The translations under genes were made by a program, and so were the position numbers. 64,000 nt of DNA, taken from assembly GCA_041697335.1 (NCBI GenBank), contig JBGUGD010000014.1, positions 1 through 64,000 of the forward strand, read 5' to 3'. This stretch comes from Vampirovibrionaceae bacterium NZW_1234. Its GTDB lineage: Bacteria > Cyanobacteriota > Vampirovibrionia > Vampirovibrionales > JAGQHJ01. Position 1 is the first letter of the stretch. Every line of letters starts with the position of its first letter. This document shows, one piece after another, positions 30,480 through 40,365 of the stretch. The notes below the pieces were generated by a model, which did not search any database, was not told the origin of the DNA, and was given only the letters and a program-made list of their open reading frames with translations.

Positions 30480-31409
30480 TCAAGTTTGCTTTTCAGCTGT
30501 ATCCTCCGCAAGCGGAAAGTCAGCTTCAGCCTGACGAGCCATCTCTTCGTAGATTGGCATCAGTTCAGCTTGAATCTCACTGGCTTCGGCAGCAGAATAA
30601 TGAGGACGTTGATTACCCATTAACGTGTGAATTCCCGATGATGACGCTATGGTCCTGTGATTTCCCACCAATTCACTATCTTGAACTTCCTGAGGATGAA
30701 CCCAAAGATTCGGGTTTTTCAGAAACGGCCGCTTCCAATCCAACATTGACTCTTCGAATGGCAGCCCCATTCTCTCACAGAGCTTTTGGGTAATAGCCCT
30801 AGGATAAGTCTGAAGACGCTCCAGGGTTAATACGGCTGTTTTCGAGTTAAGTTCCTTACATTTCTTAACCATAGCAGCAGTATGGCGATAGGCGGCTTTA
30901 AAAAGCGCCAAATTACCGTTGGCAAAGTTGAATCGTTTCCAGGAATCCCATGTCTTCAACGGATCTCGAAAAATAAACAAAGGGTTGTCCTTCTTAACAG
31001 CGTCATCATTCGGAAATACGGGCATTTGACATTCTTCTGCATTTCGATGCCCAATGGCTTCTTTCACAACCACCACGGAATCTTCTGCTAAATTGGCTAG
31101 AAAAGGGTGAGAAGGCTGTGTGCCATAAACCTGGTCATAATCCAATTCTCCGGTAGCTCGCCACTTGCTTTTAATTGGTTGAAACAGGGCTTTTACCTGG
31201 GAATGATTTCCCAAGACATTCAAGAGTAATGTTGTGCCACTACGACACGGACCAATCACCGTCTGTACTTGTACCATAGCGTCTGTCTCACTTCTGTTAT
31301 CTGGAGGGGAATTATTGTTTGTGTGACTTACGTTTTTCTGAGCATCAGGCTTCAATGGGCTTTCAACAAGGAGTTTAGAGCGAAGCGAGATTTCCTGTAA
31401 ACTCGCCAA
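30480..31409 (-). CDS. sulfotransferase-fold protein
   Basis: GPCRSGTTLL (5'-PSB-like), FIFRDP...W.SW (3'-PB-like), LCERMGLPFEESMLDW. Confidence 0.75.
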   Translation of the reverse strand: MASLQEISLRSKLLVESPLKPDAQKNVSHTNNNSPPDNRSETDAMVQVQTVIGPCRSGTTLLLNVLGNHSQVKALFQPIKSKWRATGELDYDQVYGTQPSHPFLANLAEDSVVVVKEAIGHRNAEECQMPVFPNDDAVKKDNPLFIFRDPLKTWDSWKRFNFANGNLALFKAAYRHTAAMVKKCKELNSKTAVLTLERLQTYPRAITQKLCERMGLPFEESMLDWKRPFLKNPNLWVHPQEVQDSELVGNHRTIASSSGIHTLMGNQRPHYSAAEASEIQAELMPIYEEMARQAEADFPLAEDTAEKQT

Positions 31410-31572
31410 GGTATATCAGGGGTACTCCCGCCCACATGAAAACAACTCACAAAATTTTTGTGATACGCCATGCATTTTTCTTCCTGAATTGTCGAAGGGC
31501 TTGGCCCGAGAGGAGCGGGACATGTTATGATGATGCTCAGAGGCAGTCGGGTTGAGTCAAACGGGAGTCACC

Positions 31573-32853
31573 GTGAATATCATTTTCTTCTTATTGGTTA
31601 CTATTGCCTTCTTGGTTGCAGCGTTTCATCAACTGTCATCTGGAATGACGGTCACCCCAAGCCCGATGGATGCAATGACCCAGGCTATTGTGGAAGCTGC
31701 AGGAACGGCTGTAGAGCTGGCCATCAGTTTGATTGGCATTACAGCCTTATTTTTAGGCTTGATGAAAATTGTAGAGGAAGCCGGCCTTCTCACCATTATT
31801 GCCCGCATCGTAAAACCTATCACTATTCGTCTGTTTCCCGATATCCCGGCAGAGCACCCGGCCATGGGGGCCATGATTATGAATCTGTCAGCAAACTTCC
31901 TCGGGCTTGGCAATGCCGCTACACCGTTCGGTATCAAGGCAATGGAAGAACTTAACAAGCTCAATCCGGTTAAAGGCACTGCAACCAATGCCATGGTCTT
32001 GTTTCTCGCTCTGAACACATCCTGTATTACCCTATTGCCAACAACTGTTATTGCCCTGCGAGCCGAAACTGGCTCTCAAAACCCTGCAGGCATTGTGGTC
32101 ACCACTATTTTTGCCACTGTGGTTGCAACCATCTGCTCCATTACCGCCAGCAAGTTTCTGCAACGGTTTTGGCCCGGCGGCGAATCCAGATTGTCAGAAA
32201 ATACAGACGCTGCTGCTGAAACCAGTGCTCAGAACGTTTCGGTTAAAGCATACCCACTATGGGTTTCCGCTCTTGCCTTTTTAGGGATTATTGCAACAAT
32301 CCCCCTCATGCTCTTGTACGGCAAGCTGATTACCCCTTGGATTATTCCTGCCTTAATCGTAGCCATGCTGGGATTTGGTCTGGCTCGCAAAGTCCCTGTC
32401 TATGAGACATTCATTACCGGCGCCAAGGAAGGCTTTGATATTGCGATTCGTATTATGCCCTATTTGATTGGGATTCTGGTGGCTATTGGCATGTTTCGAA
32501 AAAGCGGCGCCATGGACACGCTAATTGCGCCCTTAGGACACTTTACAGCGCCATTGGGTCTGCCGGCAGAAGGCCTCACCATGGCCTTTTTACGGACGCT
32601 TTCCGGCTCAGGCTCCTTTGGACTTCTGGCTGACTTTCTTAAAAACCCAGCGATTGGCCCTGACAGTTACACCGGTTATTTGACCAGCACAATGTATGGT
32701 TCTTCTGAAACCACATTTTATGTTCTTGCCGTCTATTTCGGGGCAGTTCAGATTCAGCGCATTCGCCATGCACTGGTCATTGGCCTATTAGCGGACGTTG
32801 CCGCCACCATTGCCGCCATTGTGATCTGTACTTTTCTCTACGGTCGAAGCTAA
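31573..32853 (+). CDS. spmAB: fused SpmA/SpmB (nucleoside-recognition gate) membrane protein
   Basis: AN.LGLGNAATPFGIKAM, YETF..GAKEG, SGSGS, GSSETTFYVLAVYFGAV. Confidence 0.9.
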   Translation: MNIIFFLLVTIAFLVAAFHQLSSGMTVTPSPMDAMTQAIVEAAGTAVELAISLIGITALFLGLMKIVEEAGLLTIIARIVKPITIRLFPDIPAEHPAMGAMIMNLSANFLGLGNAATPFGIKAMEELNKLNPVKGTATNAMVLFLALNTSCITLLPTTVIALRAETGSQNPAGIVVTTIFATVVATICSITASKFLQRFWPGGESRLSENTDAAAETSAQNVSVKAYPLWVSALAFLGIIATIPLMLLYGKLITPWIIPALIVAMLGFGLARKVPVYETFITGAKEGFDIAIRIMPYLIGILVAIGMFRKSGAMDTLIAPLGHFTAPLGLPAEGLTMAFLRTLSGSGSFGLLADFLKNPAIGPDSYTGYLTSTMYGSSETTFYVLAVYFGAVQIQRIRHALVIGLLADVAATIAAIVICTFLYGRS

Positions 32854-33057
32854 TAATACTGGCATTACCGATACACTATTGAAACCAGCTCCAAATTGTA
32901 ACAATTCTGAAACAAACTAGCATCAACTTGGATTGATGACTTTTAGTGCGGGAAATTCAGCTCGACTGAGTTGGATGATTTATTGAGAGCTAGCCTGATC
33001 GTACACAGAGCTAAGAACAGTTGCAGCTTAACAAATTGCAGAAAGTGAAGCGGGATT

Positions 33058-34272
33058 ATGAAGGTACATTCGGTTTCGGGAGTGACACCCTTATTTGGAG
33101 CCCATTCCTTACAAGCCTCCAAGTCTGCGGAGGAGATAAACGGTAAGGCCTCCATCCATCATCAAAACCCTACTTCTTCTGGGAAGGTAGTCTCTATTCG
33201 TTTTGGCAGTAGCGGTTATCCGGCAAATACGTTGAAGCTTATGACCTACAACGTGGATGGCGCAGGCTCGCCAGAAGCTTGCAAATGGTTTGGCTACGGC
33301 AAGTCCAATAACTTTAAATTGGAAAAACTGGCCGAAATCATCAAGGACAAGTCTCCCCATGACCTACCCGATGTGATTGCCTTGCAAGAAGTCATTATCA
33401 AAAAAGCACTGAAAAACTATGGGGGCTCTGAGCCCTTGATTCCACGGAAATATGACCAGACAGGTTTTGACGCATGGTTAACTCAGGAGGATGGCCCGGA
33501 ATGGATTGAAAACTGGGTTAAAAAGCATCTGGGCGATGCTTATGGGGTTATCTGCTCGGAAGGAACCAATGATCCCTCCGGAAAAGCATTGGCCATCTTG
33601 TACAAAAAGGATATGATCCCCGTGGCTAAAAAATCACATTATGGCCTCAAGAACCAATTCAGCGACAATATTTTCACCCGAGACTTGCAGGAAGTGCATT
33701 TTCAGATCCGCAGTCAGCGGGACCCCAGTAAGGTTGAGAATCTGGTTGTCCTAAACTCCCATTTCTATGCGAACTTAAAACATAATCGTTATGGAGAACA
33801 ACGCCAAAAGCGGGAATATTTGCAAACGGCAGATATTATCCAAGAGATCCTCAAGGCCGATCCGAATACCCACATTGCGGCGATGGGTGATTTTAACCTG
33901 CCAACCGATCACCGACAGCGCAAAGATCTCTTGAACATCCTGACCGATGACGGCAATGCCATGGTTGACAGTTTTATGAAACACCACATGGCTGTTCCAA
34001 CCTGCCGGTCCAAAATGGAGGGCTCAACCTTCCGCTCGGATTGTATTCTGCTGACACCCACGTTGGATGCCAACGTACAAGATTTAGGAGTCATCGGCAA
34101 CTTTGACACTGAGGACAAATACCAAAAATCGTCTCCACACTTGCCGGTCTTTGTCGCCACAAACACGTCTATACCCCGGAACGAGTGGCTCCAATTCAAG
34201 CGGGTCACCCCTGCCGCTGCAACAACGAACAAGGCCACTCCCATTGGGAAAAAGCTTGTCGTTAATGGATAA
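33058..34272 (+). CDS. endonuclease/exonuclease/phosphatase family protein with N-terminal extension
   Basis: MTYNV, DVIALQEV, NSH, MGDFN, SDCIL, SSPHLPV. Confidence 0.85.
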   Translation: MKVHSVSGVTPLFGAHSLQASKSAEEINGKASIHHQNPTSSGKVVSIRFGSSGYPANTLKLMTYNVDGAGSPEACKWFGYGKSNNFKLEKLAEIIKDKSPHDLPDVIALQEVIIKKALKNYGGSEPLIPRKYDQTGFDAWLTQEDGPEWIENWVKKHLGDAYGVICSEGTNDPSGKALAILYKKDMIPVAKKSHYGLKNQFSDNIFTRDLQEVHFQIRSQRDPSKVENLVVLNSHFYANLKHNRYGEQRQKREYLQTADIIQEILKADPNTHIAAMGDFNLPTDHRQRKDLLNILTDDGNAMVDSFMKHHMAVPTCRSKMEGSTFRSDCILLTPTLDANVQDLGVIGNFDTEDKYQKSSPHLPVFVATNTSIPRNEWLQFKRVTPAAATTNKATPIGKKLVVNG

Positions 34273-34459
34273 AACATCCAGGCCCTGCACTATGAGGCTA
34301 TTTCTTCTTTAACCTGATCATCCCGCGATCAGAGCTTTCACTTTAGCTTCAGATCTTGATTTTTTTCAAAATCGCCTTTGTGGTTTAGTGGTCACATACC
34401 GTCCTATCGGTTCTGTATGGAAGTGATCTAGTCGTTAGACGTGAGGAGAAAATAAGCCC

Positions 34460-35242
34460 ATGAATTTAGTGAGTTTGCGTCCTGCAATTTCGCCGCAGGC
34501 CAAGAAGCCCATCCTTAACTCCAGCCAGTCTCGGTTTTCAGGTCAAAAGCCCTCTGTCCTCACCGTGCAAGGTGTTGGAACCGTTTATAAAGTGCCTGAT
34601 ACTGTAAGTGTGACAATGCAAATCCACGATCAGGCCAAGACTCGACGCGAAGTGGCTTCATCCCTGGATGACCGCTCTCGGCGAATGATTGAAATGATTA
34701 AAGATATTAGTCCCAACTTACGGATTAAAACCGATACCCACATCGGACAGCATCATGAATACAACCACCAAACCCATAAAAACGAAAAAGTCGGTTACGC
34801 AGGTCGTTATATTGTTACCGTGACAGAGCAAGGTGACAATCTGGACGAATTAAAAAAACATGCCTCCCGAATCTCCGAGATTGCCGATGAAACCGAAGCC
34901 AATTTTAATGGGCCACAATTTGCATACAGCAAAACCCAGCAGGCTGTTTTAGAAGCTATTCCTGAAGCGGTTAAAAACCTTAAAGAAACTGCATTGACGC
35001 TCGCCAAAGCCCTCAATGTCAAACTTGCTAAAAAACCGGTGTCTGTCTCAACAGGTGGAGAGACACCCTCGGTTGCTCATGCCCAGCTTGAAACAGTTGC
35101 TCTTGCAGGCGCTGCCCGTCAGGCGGATGCCCCCGTCGGTGTGAGTCCAGAAACCATGCAAAGTGGCCTGATCCCCATCCAATCTCCAACCGTCCAGGCC
35201 GTGTTTCGGATTTTGCCCAAACAAGCTGACTCCTTAAAGTAG
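34460..35242 (+). CDS. SIMPL (DUF541) domain protein
   Basis: LTVQG.G.V...PD...V, GY......V, GPQF..S, A...A...A..LA..L.V.L. Confidence 0.75.
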   Translation: MNLVSLRPAISPQAKKPILNSSQSRFSGQKPSVLTVQGVGTVYKVPDTVSVTMQIHDQAKTRREVASSLDDRSRRMIEMIKDISPNLRIKTDTHIGQHHEYNHQTHKNEKVGYAGRYIVTVTEQGDNLDELKKHASRISEIADETEANFNGPQFAYSKTQQAVLEAIPEAVKNLKETALTLAKALNVKLAKKPVSVSTGGETPSVAHAQLETVALAGAARQADAPVGVSPETMQSGLIPIQSPTVQAVFRILPKQADSLK

Positions 35243-35265
35243 ACGACTTAAAAATTCTCACTTTT

Positions 35266-35301
35266 AAGCAGCCGTCGGAGATGCTCCGGCGGCTGCTTTT
35301 T
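35266..35301. terminator. bidirectional terminator
   Basis: AAGCAGCCGTCGGAG/CTCCGGCGGCTGCTT between convergent genes. Confidence 0.8.
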
Positions 35302-35330
35302 GTAATTCATAAGTAAGATAAATACACTCG

Positions 35331-35660
35331 CTAATAGCGATTTCGAGGAGCAAATCCACCGCGGCTCTGACCACCGGAGCGACCATAGCCCCCTCCGGCA
35401 TTGGCCGGTTTCGGCTCAGCAAATTTGACAACAATATTTCGACCCTTGAGCTCCCATTCATTAAGAGCATCAACGGCGGATTGAGCTTGTGTATTATCCG
35501 CCATGGCAATAAAGGCAAAGCCCCGTTTCCGCCCCGTCATTTTATCAACGGGAATGCGAACGGAAACCACCTCCCCATATTGTGCAAACAAATCTCCTAG
35601 CTCATTTTCAGTGACAGACCAATCCAACTGAGCCACAAACAGTTCATTTTGCATGTTCAT
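35331..35660 (-). CDS. RRM RNA-binding protein with Gly-rich tail (Rbp type)
   Basis: RNP2 LFVAQL, RNP1 RGFAFIAM, C-terminal GGGYGR. Confidence 0.93.
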   Translation of the reverse strand: MNMQNELFVAQLDWSVTENELGDLFAQYGEVVSVRIPVDKMTGRKRGFAFIAMADNTQAQSAVDALNEWELKGRNIVVKFAEPKPANAGGGYGRSGGQSRGGFAPRNRY

Positions 35661-35759
35661 TATCCTCTTGCATTCAATAACACATTAAAAAACCGAATTT
35701 ACTGATAAAAATTCAATGGATACGGAGCCTCCTCTCGCTGTCTATCGTGAGTGCAACGA

Positions 35760-36050
35760 TTATGCCGTTGCTCCTTCTTCCGGCCCAGCCCAATCCGACG
35801 AACGAGACATGTCCGCTTCGAAATGACAGTCGATAGTCAGCTCTCTGGGTAAAGGTAAAACCAAGGCAACGGTTAGTACATCCGAAAAATGAAATTGCCA
35901 GAGCATCCCGTTGCAACACCCATTGTGGAACAACGTAAACGTATCTTGTTCAATACTACGTACCGTGCCCCGAAAGACATCCTGAATCCCTCGGATGTAG
36001 ACAACAATATCGCTACCAGCATCATATGCCGATTGAATCATGGTTTTCAT
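35760..36050 (-). CDS. hypothetical protein
   Basis: AAGGAG RBS before ATG 36050; small beta-rich ORF. Confidence 0.6.
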   Translation of the reverse strand: MKTMIQSAYDAGSDIVVYIRGIQDVFRGTVRSIEQDTFTLFHNGCCNGMLWQFHFSDVLTVALVLPLPRELTIDCHFEADMSRSSDWAGPEEGATA

Positions 36051-36355
36051 AGGCCTCAAAGCTCCTTTTTCATGGAATGTGGTTATCATTGTGACGCATG
36101 TTTTGCATTATTGCAACATTGTTGCATTAATACAATTTAATCGTATGATAGTGCTGTTCCGCAAACAGAATCGCTTGGAGATACTCCGATGAGACAACCT
36201 GTTGAAGCTGTTCTCACAGCACTTTTAGGGTTAAACCCGATTGAAACACCCAGCACCTGTCATCGCTGGACCAGGGGTTTTTATGACTTGCCTATTGTCC
36301 GACCGTATCGGACTTGGATACACTAAAGACGCTTTAGGACATTGGGAGCCTATCC

Positions 36356-37159
36356 GTGTTTATCTCCATGCCTGTCAGGCCATACAAACCCATCAACGGT
36401 TTTCCAAAACCGGTTTCTTATGAAGACGTGAAGGGGAAACCTTACCAAACTACTGAGGTCAATATTCCTCAAAATTCGCAGATTCCCCCCACATTGTGCC
36501 AAGTCTATTTTGGGGTGTCAGAACCCGATAAGGCCCTTGGCAATTTAAAACAACGTATTCAAACTCTCGTTCACACCTATCGCACCCAAGTCGAAGCTAT
36601 CCCGACATTAATGCGTGACAACCGCATCAATCACCGCGTTCATCTACGCATCATCGGCACCCTGCTTGGGTATTTACCACCCACCGCCTCACCCAAGGAA
36701 TCCTACCATCAGTACCAGCTAATCTTTAATGCCGTCCAGCGGGCTGTCGCACCGGGTAAAAAAGACTATCGCATGGTGTGCTATACAAAATCCAAGCCCG
36801 TTTCCGACGACACCTATTGGATACAACAGTACGGCTATCATGTGCTCGTGTTTGCACCCAACGGTGCTGTCGAGTCGTACCGACGGATAACCCCGCCTGA
36901 TGTTGAAATTGATGGCGTCACACCTACAAACTTTCAAAAACGCTTGCAGCTTTTTAGCAAAACTGAAGAAGATGTCAAAGCGGTTTTAAAGCAACTGAAT
37001 ACTGAGAACCCAATGCCACACAGCCCACCCGAACCGCTTTCAGATCCAAACCACTACTCCCGCACCCTGTTTAAACTTAGTGCCAACGGCCTGGATGCTT
37101 GGTCTCAGCCAGCCACCCTCACCTTGCCGTCCCTTTCTCTGGATGAGCCTGTGGGTTAA
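36356..37159 (+). CDS. hypothetical protein
   Basis: 267-aa ORF filling the gap; Pro-rich leader with VYFG. Confidence 0.65.
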   Translation: MFISMPVRPYKPINGFPKPVSYEDVKGKPYQTTEVNIPQNSQIPPTLCQVYFGVSEPDKALGNLKQRIQTLVHTYRTQVEAIPTLMRDNRINHRVHLRIIGTLLGYLPPTASPKESYHQYQLIFNAVQRAVAPGKKDYRMVCYTKSKPVSDDTYWIQQYGYHVLVFAPNGAVESYRRITPPDVEIDGVTPTNFQKRLQLFSKTEEDVKAVLKQLNTENPMPHSPPEPLSDPNHYSRTLFKLSANGLDAWSQPATLTLPSLSLDEPVG

Positions 37160-37251
37160 GCACCTTCCATGTTCCACCCCTGGGCAATGTGAATATGCAC
37201 AACTCCCCCCATAATACCCAAGGAGATGGAGTCAACCGGGAGGTGAGAAGA

Positions 37252-37740
37252 ATGACAGCATCCGCACTCGAAGCCATTTTTTCAGAGATTAAACATTTTT
37301 CCAACGCCATGCTGGTAACGTATGGTACCAATGGCATGATGCATGCACGGCCGATGGTCATCACCGACATTGAGACACCTTCTTGCGTCTGGTTTATTAC
37401 AGCCAGCGAAACGGCCAAGACCTATGAGATAGCAAAAGATAATCGAGTTCTCGTAACCTGCCAGGATGACGATTACTGCTACCTGACCCTCAGTGGCATA
37501 GCAAATGTGGTCTACAACCGGCAAAAAGTTGCATCGCTGTGGAAAGACTTTTATTCCCAATGGTTCCCCCAAGGCCCCTCGGATCCAGATATTGCTTTGA
37601 TTCGGGTAGACGTGGACGCCGCAGAATACTGGGATCATAGCGGTTTTCAAAAAGCCCAGGAACCGGTGTCTACCCAACAAAGCAAAGCCAAACAAAATCA
37701 GGGCTCTTCTACCAACAAGATTGAAACCGGTGCGAGCTAA
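37252..37740 (+). CDS. pyridoxamine-5'-phosphate-oxidase-like / general stress protein 26
   Basis: AML.T....MHARPM, WF.T....K..EI, WFPQG..DP.I.LI.V....AEYWD; GGAGG RBS. Confidence 0.88.
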   Translation: MTASALEAIFSEIKHFSNAMLVTYGTNGMMHARPMVITDIETPSCVWFITASETAKTYEIAKDNRVLVTCQDDDYCYLTLSGIANVVYNRQKVASLWKDFYSQWFPQGPSDPDIALIRVDVDAAEYWDHSGFQKAQEPVSTQQSKAKQNQGSSTNKIETGAS

Positions 37741-37764
37741 ACACGGGATCGGAATACACAACAT

Positions 37765-37795
37765 AGAGGCCGTCTTGGTTATTCAGACGGCCTCT
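37765..37795. terminator. hairpin terminator
   Basis: AGAGGCCGTCT/AGACGGCCTCT after the stop codon. Confidence 0.65.
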
Positions 37796-37991
37796 TGAAG
37801 CTATGAAGCGATTTGCTTGAAATTAATCAAACAATCTACCAAAAAATCCGCCGACAGCCCGGCCCGCATCCGCAATCCCTTCACCAACAGCACAAACCAG
37901 CACTAAACTCCTGGCCTAATACGGTGGCACCAGCCTAGGCCGACTTACAGCCGCCCCTAATTTATACCCTGTCACAATGAAAAGTGACGTT

Positions 37992-39644
37992 TTAAGGTGT
38001 GGTTACCTGCTGGCCTTGAATGGCTTGATAGGCTTCCAGAATCTTGGCAGGAATGGCTCGAACCACTTCCGCATCAATAAAAGGGGACATCATATAGGAC
38101 TTCAAGGCCACAATGGGCTTATCATAGCTGCTGGAGCGATAGTTCTCCGTCAAAGAGAATGCAACACCACGGCCCTCCAGAGATTCTTTATAGAGATAAT
38201 CAAAAATCGCCCGGTTAAGTTCGTTATGCCGCTCCAACGACTCCGCATAGGCCGGATCGCGCATTTCATTTAAAAACATCGCCGAGGCATCAATGTCGTC
38301 AGGATAAATGCGGAACAACGTCACAGAACCATAATTATAGGTGTTCACGCAGGTGATATTGGGGAAAACCTCCAGGGATTCCCGCAACAATTCAGCCATT
38401 TCCACCAGATGGCCCAGTAAGGACTGATAGCCCTCCTTGCCAAAAAGCAACATATTCGCCATAGCAGCCAGCGGTGCCGCCCCACCTCGAGACGCTTCTA
38501 GAGTGTATACGCCAGGACAATATTCATCGGCTTGGCGAATATAGGGGATCGTCTCTTTTGAACGGTTCAGCAACTCTAACTCCGAGCGATTTTTCAATAA
38601 GAACAGGCTGGATGTATAAGGAGCAAAGCCGGTTTTATGGAAGTCAATCCCCATAGAGTCAGCCAGATGCAAGTGCCGAATTTTTCGCATCGAATCAGAC
38701 AGGCGCCGTAAGGTTCGGACAGAGAAATTCAATTCATTGCGAGAGAAGTCATAGTCGTTAAAGACACTCCAAATCCATCCGATGACGGAATCTGCGTGCA
38801 CATGGGGCACGTAATCAAGCTGGTACTCCTCCACACAGCGATCCCGAATCTCAACCATTTCCTTGAGAGGGTCAATTCCAAAGGAATCGGTTGTCCCCAT
38901 CGTCGCCACAATACAAGCCACCCGGGTGCCTTCAGCCAATACTTCACGTAATTTGGCTTCAAAACACTTGATATCCATATCGTTGTTTTCTGTGGTGGGA
39001 ATTAAAATTACGTTATCCATACCAATTCCAAGCCACGCTGCAATACTCAGCTTGCAATAGTGGGCTGTACCCGAAGCAAAGACCACGGTCTTCTGTGTAA
39101 TTCCGGTCTTTAATGTATTGGGGCAAGCTTTTTCCAAACCAATTTTGGTGCCGTAGAAATTGGTTCCGGTCCCCCCAAAGGTGAAAAGTCCCACTGATTC
39201 CTCCGGATCATAGCCGATTAAATCGGCACACATCCGTGAAACTTCCAATTCGGCCATAGCAACCTGGTTGCTGTATTCAATCCCCACCATGTTGGGGTTA
39301 TAAATCGCCCCAATCAGATTTCCCACAATCGAGGGGATGGTCGTCGGTGGGACCACATTGGTCTGAGCATTGGGGTGTCCCCAAATTGTCATGCCACTTA
39401 AGTAACGAATAATCTGATGAATAGACCATTCAACATTGGAGAAGTTTTCGGGAATCCGATCATGGGACTCGGTATCTGCAGGCTCTTTGGCATAGCCTAA
39501 GATGGGAGCACTACTTTTGAGTGTATCCACTTGGTCCAAGGCCCGCAAAATGGTATGAATAAAATAAGCATCATGCACTTTATCCGAAGTGGGCTTTGGA
39601 AAGGCAAGGCGGATCTTATCTAAAATTGTTTTGTAATCGCTCAT
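37992..39644 (-). CDS. group II PLP-dependent decarboxylase
   Basis: TFGGTG.N, HY, TMGTTD..G.DP, HVHADSVIG, DS...DFHK (PLP Lys). Confidence 0.92.
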   Translation of the reverse strand: MSDYKTILDKIRLAFPKPTSDKVHDAYFIHTILRALDQVDTLKSSAPILGYAKEPADTESHDRIPENFSNVEWSIHQIIRYLSGMTIWGHPNAQTNVVPPTTIPSIVGNLIGAIYNPNMVGIEYSNQVAMAELEVSRMCADLIGYDPEESVGLFTFGGTGTNFYGTKIGLEKACPNTLKTGITQKTVVFASGTAHYCKLSIAAWLGIGMDNVILIPTTENNDMDIKCFEAKLREVLAEGTRVACIVATMGTTDSFGIDPLKEMVEIRDRCVEEYQLDYVPHVHADSVIGWIWSVFNDYDFSRNELNFSVRTLRRLSDSMRKIRHLHLADSMGIDFHKTGFAPYTSSLFLLKNRSELELLNRSKETIPYIRQADEYCPGVYTLEASRGGAAPLAAMANMLLFGKEGYQSLLGHLVEMAELLRESLEVFPNITCVNTYNYGSVTLFRIYPDDIDASAMFLNEMRDPAYAESLERHNELNRAIFDYLYKESLEGRGVAFSLTENYRSSSYDKPIVALKSYMMSPFIDAEVVRAIPAKILEAYQAIQGQQVTTP

Positions 39645-39880
39645 ACGGGTAACTCTCCAAGGGTTTTATCGGTGAGGGGCGAGGGGACTCTATCAACAAT
39701 AGCACGAGACAGTCACTAAAAAAGCAGCCAGGACTCTATGGAAAATCAAACCGGTGCAGGCCTTAAAATTGCGCGTCGGTCTTCGCATCCGTCAACACAA
39801 TCACTCTTTATTTTTCTTTGCACAGGCCACTCAAAGGACTACAATAACGATAGCCTCAATAGAAAATAATTTGTATCGTC

Positions 39881-40327
39881 ATGAATTTTACCTACGCACA
39901 TTTGCTCGTAAATCACATCCCCATTATTGGCGTGATGATTGTTCTCTTCTATATGGCCATGGGTTTTTTGCTAAAAAGCGATAAGCTCTTTCTCGCCAGT
40001 TGGATAGCCCTACTCGGCCTAACCATCGTTACCGCCTTTGCCTACTGGACAGGCACCCAAGCATTCGGTGGCCTGGCTAAATTCCAGGAAATTAATGTTC
40101 AAGCCATCGGTCATCACGCCCAATGGGCTGGCTATACACTCTGGGGAATGGGAATCAACGCCATCGCGTCGCTGCTAAGTCTATTCTCAGCTTGGAGCAA
40201 TCAAGGCCAGACACGGCCTCTTTGTCGCTGGGGCCTATTGATCTACAATCTGCTCCTCTTAGCCGTACTCCTCCAAACAGCCATGCTTGGCGGAAGCATC
40301 CGCCATATTGAAGTGCACAGTCATTGA
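39881..40327 (+). CDS. His-containing membrane protein (DUF2231-like)
   Basis: H.LVNH.PI, AYWTG, HH, A..GG.IRH.E; four TM segments. Confidence 0.7.
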   Translation: MNFTYAHLLVNHIPIIGVMIVLFYMAMGFLLKSDKLFLASWIALLGLTIVTAFAYWTGTQAFGGLAKFQEINVQAIGHHAQWAGYTLWGMGINAIASLLSLFSAWSNQGQTRPLCRWGLLIYNLLLLAVLLQTAMLGGSIRHIEVHSH

Positions 40328-40365
40328 GCAGTACCTACGTTTACTTCAATTCAGTCTAAGCAGGA

